64,000 nt of DNA. Source: a virus (Duplodnaviria; Caudoviricetes). The DNA lies in the IMG/VR virus record IMGVR_UViG_3300037400_002156, positions 1 to 64,000 of that record. One strand, 5' to 3'. Below the pieces are notes generated by a model. That model made no database searches. It had not been told where the DNA came from and worked only from the letters and a program-made list of their open reading frames with translations. The first letter of the stretch is position 1, and each line of letters begins with the position of its first letter. Made by a program: the position numbers and the translations under genes. Positions 58,398-64,000 of this stretch are shown here, piece by piece.

Positions 58398-61166
58398 CTA
58401 ATCTGTGTGGTCATCATCAATAATAACTTCTTCTGAATTGTTTCCACTATATAATGTAACTGTACCATCAACGAACCAATAACCAAGTGCAGAAATCTCT
58501 GATCTACTAATCCATGTATCTGTTACAGTAGGTATACAATATATAGCATTTAATAAGTCATTCGGATCTGTCTTAGTATCACAATAGCATTCAATTATAT
58601 CATCGCTAATAAGTGGATTAAACACTTGTAATTTAGTTCTAATTATACCGTGATGTGGATCACTGTAGAAGTCTTCGTACGAAATTGGAGTGTCACCATC
58701 AATGCTAACATTTTCTAATTCGTCATTTACAAACACTGGTAGTAATGAGTTAATTGATGTATCATACATTGATATACTGTCTAAACTTGGACGAGTTTTT
58801 TGCCAACGATTTATTCCGAATAAGCCATTCCAGTAGACGTCGTATTTAGGATCGTACCATACAAGTGGAATGTTATTTTCATCTCTTATAATAGATGGAC
58901 ATAGATTTGATGTTATTCCGTGCTTATATAAGCTATCACCTTCATGTGAATCATCGTACGATCCTATTCTTATAAAGTTATAATCATTAGATATAGTCAA
59001 ATTAACTATTGAGTTAATATCTTCATATACATATTCATTCTTATCATTGTTATTAAGATATTCATTATAGTTATTATATAGTTTTGAACTATCTATTATC
59101 TTTGTCTCACTTCTATAAATAGGAACTGTTTTATCTGTTAAATTAAATAATTCATCGCCTAAATCAAATGACTCATTCCAACGTCTGTCAAGAGAATTAT
59201 TACCTAGCCAATATGAAGATGACCAGTATGTGCCTGTGTCAGCGTTATACCTAAATTCTTCAGATAAAGGAATATTACTTGATGGCGTAGTACTATTCTT
59301 TTTATATAGTGTTAAAATATTTGATGGAGTTGCAGAATAGCCGTAGTATGAAGTTGGCTTATCATTGTCTGGATCACTATCACCATCCCAAATGTAGTAT
59401 GTATTTGTATCTTCATCTAATCTTACAAGTAAACTTATCTGATTAGATAAATTGTAAAACGTCTTTTGTGAATAACCTGCTGAAGTAGAATTATCATTGA
59501 TGATAGAATATATACTAGAAAATAAGTCATAAGATAATATCTGATCAAAATACGTTGGTACTAAAGTGTCTTCTGATTTCTTAATATACTTATTATATAT
59601 TCCATACAATTTAGCTGGAGATGATTCTACTATAGGAACTTCACACTCATAATATGTAACAATCGCTGATAAATCACTATTATCTGTATTTATAGGTATC
59701 GCGTAATGAAGCTTATTACTATCAACAGATCTCGGTACTACATATAAGCAATCTGTACTTCCGTCAGTGCTAATAAAATTAGTTTGATCATATTTTATCC
59801 AACCAAGACAGCCGGTATACACATAATACTCTTCATTATGCGATGGTGATAAATATGTAAAGTCTTCAGCATCTTCATCTTCTTTATAGCGATATGCTCT
59901 AAATATAACTACAGGATCATTGCCAATATATCTTACCATTGACGCCTCTGATCCTGATATAACTCCTTTTTTAGTATCGCTATATTGTATCTTTTCATCA
60001 ATTGGATGCCAACTCCATGATACAGTATTGTCTGGTGATATATTTGCTACTAAGTAAGAGCCTCTTAGAGTATGATCTCCGCCTGTTATATTTGTTGAAT
60101 AAGAATATAATATATGCTCTGACTCATTTACATTACTGTTAACGTATAAGCAAAAGCAATACTCTTCATCACTAGCTAAAGATTGTCCACTTAAGAAATC
60201 TGCATCATTAGTAAAGTTCCATATCTTGTTATCTTGTATTTCTTTGTACTGATCATAGAAATTATTATCATCAGATAACCCAGTTACATCTTTTATTTCT
60301 TTTGTCCAATGAAAATGAAATACGAACCATGCAGTTCTTACAAGATTGTATAAAGAATCAGTATACCAATATTCAGGATCTAATCTCCAAATGACAGAAT
60401 CACTATAGCCTAGGCATTTGCATCCATATAAAACGCCTAACGCATATGCATACATTGCTTTGTAATCAAATAGCCTATACACTTCGCTATTTGAAAGTCT
60501 ATTTTCATGAACTTTTATTATTGACTTATTATATGCAGTGATGTCTTTTTTTATCTTGTAAATTGTATCATCACTAACACCTGCATTGAATTCTAATTTA
60601 TCAATGTCAATGTAATAATCAGGATAGTACTCATTGTCTATCTTTTCAGTTAGCGAAGTATCGTATCCTATATCGTTGAAAATATTATATATAGCTTGTG
60701 CCTGTAAATCGCGATAAGACATTTCTGATTTAGTGCGATCAGATAATCTCACTAGAGAATTACTCTTACTTTCTAATAAAGACTTATTTGAGTCACTTTT
60801 AAATATAATAGGTACTGTTCTGTCATCACCTGTGCCAGTAATATCATTTAGCAGTAACTTTAATCCATAGCAGTTAAACTTTAAATAGTGCTCATAATCT
60901 TCTACACTACCATAACCAGAAAGAAATGAGTATATGTCATCATATATTTCTTCAATGCCTTCAAGAGTTTTAATAGAATCTGTGTCTCTATAATAAGCAT
61001 TTTTGGATATTTTAATACTATCTGTCTGTGATTTAGATCCTGTTGTTACAGATTCTAAGCCTAAAAGAAATAACAATGTTGGCTCAGCTATCTTCCATTC
61101 GTATAAAACAGAATCATAATAGAAAAAGCAGCCATTTCTTGAAGAGTATAGCATGCTGTCCTCCAA
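58398..61166 (-). CDS. Large Tyr/Asp/Ser-rich hypothetical virion protein
   Basis: 922-aa ORF after fibre chaperone; start may be MLYSS. Confidence 0.65.
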   Translation of the reverse strand: MEDSMLYSSRNGCFFYYDSVLYEWKIAEPTLLFLLGLESVTTGSKSQTDSIKISKNAYYRDTDSIKTLEGIEEIYDDIYSFLSGYGSVEDYEHYLKFNCYGLKLLLNDITGTGDDRTVPIIFKSDSNKSLLESKSNSLVRLSDRTKSEMSYRDLQAQAIYNIFNDIGYDTSLTEKIDNEYYPDYYIDIDKLEFNAGVSDDTIYKIKKDITAYNKSIIKVHENRLSNSEVYRLFDYKAMYAYALGVLYGCKCLGYSDSVIWRLDPEYWYTDSLYNLVRTAWFVFHFHWTKEIKDVTGLSDDNNFYDQYKEIQDNKIWNFTNDADFLSGQSLASDEEYCFCLYVNSNVNESEHILYSYSTNITGGDHTLRGSYLVANISPDNTVSWSWHPIDEKIQYSDTKKGVISGSEASMVRYIGNDPVVIFRAYRYKEDEDAEDFTYLSPSHNEEYYVYTGCLGWIKYDQTNFISTDGSTDCLYVVPRSVDSNKLHYAIPINTDNSDLSAIVTYYECEVPIVESSPAKLYGIYNKYIKKSEDTLVPTYFDQILSYDLFSSIYSIINDNSTSAGYSQKTFYNLSNQISLLVRLDEDTNTYYIWDGDSDPDNDKPTSYYGYSATPSNILTLYKKNSTTPSSNIPLSEEFRYNADTGTYWSSSYWLGNNSLDRRWNESFDLGDELFNLTDKTVPIYRSETKIIDSSKLYNNYNEYLNNNDKNEYVYEDINSIVNLTISNDYNFIRIGSYDDSHEGDSLYKHGITSNLCPSIIRDENNIPLVWYDPKYDVYWNGLFGINRWQKTRPSLDSISMYDTSINSLLPVFVNDELENVSIDGDTPISYEDFYSDPHHGIIRTKLQVFNPLISDDIIECYCDTKTDPNDLLNAIYCIPTVTDTWISRSEISALGYWFVDGTVTLYSGNNSEEVIIDDDHTD

Positions 61167-61183
61167 ATAATGGTTATATAAAT

Positions 61184-61213
61184 AAAAGGAGCTAGACTAG
61201 TCTAGCTCCTTTT
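61184..61213. terminator. 30-bp perfect palindrome / bidirectional terminator
   Basis: aaaaggagctagact|agtctagctcctttt. Confidence 0.75.
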
Positions 61214-61237
61214 TATTGATATATTTATTTGTTTAAT

Positions 61238-61690
61238 TTATTTATCATTTTTCTTCTGATATTCAACTACACCTGTATCTGTCTGTATTAAAAAAGAAGG
61301 TAACTGTGGTAAATCTACGTTTGGAAACGATTTTTGAGTAGATATATTTCGCAACCTGCTACGATATTCTTTAACTTCTTTTATTTCATCATCAGATAAT
61401 ATAGAATCAATCACCATAAACTTATCTGTTTCATTAAGAAGTTTATTTCTATGTTCTCGTAAAATACTTGATTTATACTCTGTTAAATCACTGATAAGTT
61501 CCTCTACTTTTACATTACCTTTTTTAATTTCTTCTAAGATATAGTTACTTATCTCAGATTCGTCCTCTTTGTCTAATGCAATAAAATACCCAAAAGGTTC
61601 TCCGTCTTCTAAATCTGAAGAACTAATAATAGCTATAGCCTGGTTTGGATTTACGCCAACTTTTTTTACTTTATGTATCGTTATCTTCAT
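61238..61690 (-). CDS. Tail fibre assembly chaperone
   Basis: LREHRNKLLNETD...YRSRLRNISTQKSFP..LPQLP signature. Confidence 0.85.
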   Translation of the reverse strand: MKITIHKVKKVGVNPNQAIAIISSSDLEDGEPFGYFIALDKEDESEISNYILEEIKKGNVKVEELISDLTEYKSSILREHRNKLLNETDKFMVIDSILSDDEIKEVKEYRSRLRNISTQKSFPNVDLPQLPSFLIQTDTGVVEYQKKNDK

Positions 61691-61701
61691 AATAACTCCT
61701 T

Positions 61702-63999
61702 TTAGTTATAACGTAAACAAGGAACATATACATTTGCTGTTGCACCAGCTGCTATTTTAAATCTTAACATAGTGTAATATGTGCCAGAAAAAGTCGAAGT
61801 ACCATAAGAAGCACTCGTATCATCTACTTTTTCTTCATAAGAATTTATATATAAAAGTGAAGTTGCATTTTCATTAGTTGTAAAGTAGGTTCCACTTGAT
61901 AATGATGTGCCTCTTGGAACAGTATAAGATGTAGACGAACTCTTATTTGTTATATTTAACTTAAAAAAGTAAAGACCGCCTGCTGATCTACTGAATAAAC
62001 AGTCTAAATCACCAGTATGATTTATCATTACCCAATATGTACCATCGTAGCGAAACATAACTGTTTCACCTGCATTCCATGAATGTATTGTATCGTTACC
62101 TACGTAGGTGCCTTCAACTCTTCTTATAAATTTATAACCTCCTCCAACAACTGTATCATCTGAATTTCTAACTCGAAGTGCTGGAGAATTAATAGTATTA
62201 CTATTAGTAAATTTAATTAAGATGATCATTCCAGTTGTAAAAGCATCAACATATCTGTTACTATTAGTTGTTAGCTTAACTTCTTTAATTTGTGTAACTG
62301 CTTCAGAAGAGCATTCACCATACGGTATACCAAAATTTTGTGCATATACGTTGTTAGCAAATACACTAGTAGTTGGATTTGCTCCACGTCCTATATAGTC
62401 ACACACTATATCTTTGCACATCAAATTTCCATTATGATCCTTAGATGCATCTACAGTTTCTCTAACTAGCTTTAATGCAAGAAAATCTGTTACTCCATTA
62501 CTAACAACAGAAAGAGCTATCTTTGGATCTAGTGCATAATCAATATTAACAGAGTCTTCACTAATATTGTGTAAGGTTCCTAAAGCTAGAGTAGGTGTAG
62601 AGATAAACATAGGATGCAGATTAGTGCCTTTATAATCTGTATACTTATCATTACCAGCTACTCTTGATCTTATCTTAATAACACCAACTTCATTAAATGT
62701 TGATTTACAGCAATTTTCAATATATTGATTAAAAACAACACTATTATAATCTTCTTCACCCTCATAATCACTTAAAGATTGAACTGCATTTTCTATGTAT
62801 ATATTAAGATTTTTACCTGTTACATCCCAATGTGACTGCCCTGAGCCTGTACTATCATAAGTGTATGAACTACTGCTCTGCCATATCTTAAAACTATCTT
62901 GATTACCTTCATGATCGTTGTCCCAATTACCAAAGCAAATAACAGGAGTCCAGCATTCACTATCACCAACAACCAAGCCAGTTCCGCCACTATCTCCAGC
63001 AACATATATAAAGCCATCGCTAGCAATCTGTAGAGCATTAGAACTAGAATAATCATTAAGATAAGCTATACTAGCATTACCAAAATTAAGATAATAACCT
63101 GGGGATATAGTTTTACTTGCTGTTATTGTCTGTGTTGTATCTGTAGTAACATATATATCTGCAACAGTGTCTATAATTTCAGCGCTTGTCTGTCTTATTT
63201 TCCCGTTCTTAAAAAAGAATATAGGATGGTCAGTTTCTAGGGATATAATACTATTAGAAGTACCTGCAACCATACCAAGATACACATAAAATTTATTATC
63301 TTCTGTAGATGGTAAAGTTTGAGTCCACCATGTATCATCAAGATAAAATTTTCTATCGGTACTATTAAAAGTAACTACTAAATATATTGCCTGATTATTT
63401 GTTAAAGAATTACTTAAACAATTGAAACTATATTTTCCATTTAAACTAGGATAACTTGTATATAGGTAAGTTGATAAAGCTATCTCCCCAGAATTTTTTG
63501 TAAGTGAATAACTATAATATAAAATTTTATCCAGATAAAAACCATGTGGATTTTTAGTTTTAGTTGTATCTGTTGTACAAGAAGTGCAGATAGATTCATA
63601 TAAATTATCACCTACTCTAAAAACTAACTGGTATCCATAAATATTACCTGTGCCTGCTATAACACTTGACGCTTTATTATAGGCGTAATCAACTGATGGT
63701 ATACTTGGCTTGTTAGTTAAATCATTATAGCTACCTGTAAAAGCAACTGTTTTTAATTTATCTTCTAAAACCTGTGACAAATCTTCTAAAGGTATATCAA
63801 TATCTGACTTATTAGCATCAGCATTAAAATGAAAGTGTAAACATTTTACTCCTTCTATAGTAGCAACATTAAGATAAAAGGTCATTGTACTAGAGTTATA
63901 GTTAGATGAAGCTAAAATAGCATTATAAACATCTTGTGAAGAATCTCCTGTATAAATAAATGCGGGAAGACTTTGATCAACTAATTGTTTAGCGTCATT
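61702..63999 (-). CDS. Tail fibre protein (5'-partial; frame stays open to the window edge)
   Basis: LKTVAFTGSYNDLTNKPSIP, YGEC...IKEV...GMIILIKFTNSN...W.AG...FRYDGTYW motifs; followed by chaperone; no stop between 63885 and 63999. Confidence 0.85.
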   Translation of the reverse strand, partial: NDAKQLVDQSLPAFIYTGDSSQDVYNAILASSNYNSSTMTFYLNVATIEGVKCLHFHFNADANKSDIDIPLEDLSQVLEDKLKTVAFTGSYNDLTNKPSIPSVDYAYNKASSVIAGTGNIYGYQLVFRVGDNLYESICTSCTTDTTKTKNPHGFYLDKILYYSYSLTKNSGEIALSTYLYTSYPSLNGKYSFNCLSNSLTNNQAIYLVVTFNSTDRKFYLDDTWWTQTLPSTEDNKFYVYLGMVAGTSNSIISLETDHPIFFFKNGKIRQTSAEIIDTVADIYVTTDTTQTITASKTISPGYYLNFGNASIAYLNDYSSSNALQIASDGFIYVAGDSGGTGLVVGDSECWTPVICFGNWDNDHEGNQDSFKIWQSSSSYTYDSTGSGQSHWDVTGKNLNIYIENAVQSLSDYEGEEDYNSVVFNQYIENCCKSTFNEVGVIKIRSRVAGNDKYTDYKGTNLHPMFISTPTLALGTLHNISEDSVNIDYALDPKIALSVVSNGVTDFLALKLVRETVDASKDHNGNLMCKDIVCDYIGRGANPTTSVFANNVYAQNFGIPYGECSSEAVTQIKEVKLTTNSNRYVDAFTTGMIILIKFTNSNTINSPALRVRNSDDTVVGGGYKFIRRVEGTYVGNDTIHSWNAGETVMFRYDGTYWVMINHTGDLDCLFSRSAGGLYFFKLNITNKSSSTSYTVPRGTSLSSGTYFTTNENATSLLYINSYEEKVDDTSASYGTSTFSGTYYTMLRFKIAAGATANVYVPCLRYN

Positions 64000-64000
64000 A

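Noticed and set aside
1-64000. Genome-wide TAG stop-codon reassignment
   Set aside because: Conserved genes are full length in code 11, and many end in TAG directly before the next gene, a second stop or a terminator; readthrough at 4051 hits TAA immediately
1-64000. tRNA or rRNA genes
   Set aside because: Intergenic gaps are short and AT-rich; no cloverleaf or T-loop signature noticed

Overview
AT-rich 64-kb segment of a large myovirus (jumbo-phage-like) genome, standard genetic code, with Shine-Dalgarno-type RBSs and nearly all genes on the minus strand. It has a T4-like head module (gp21-like protease, gp23-like major capsid, neck proteins) and a contractile tail: tube, two sheath paralogs, tape measure with an NlpC/P60 domain, baseplate, several fibres and a fibre chaperone. 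These are interleaved with replication and nucleotide genes: family A DNA polymerase, separate 5'-3' exonuclease, DnaB-like and SNF2 helicases, stand-alone primase zinc finger, thymidine kinase and an intein-containing anaerobic NrdD. Main observations: (1) an intact rearranged-RuvC TnpB nested inside a destroyed homing endonuclease gene, with a catalytically dead HEG-TnpA chimera and a predicted guide derived from the HEG itself; (2) an RHH + HNH-NUMOD3 cassette that splits the SNF2 helicase at Walker A, with a recoded duplicate 5' end restoring the gene; (3) a candidate programmed -1 frameshift (A AAC CCT TAG) adding an unannotated 131-aa Ig-like extension; (4) a recurrent ATATC(A/T)A intergenic motif often embedded in terminator hairpins. 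All calls come from reading motifs by eye; no database searches were run.
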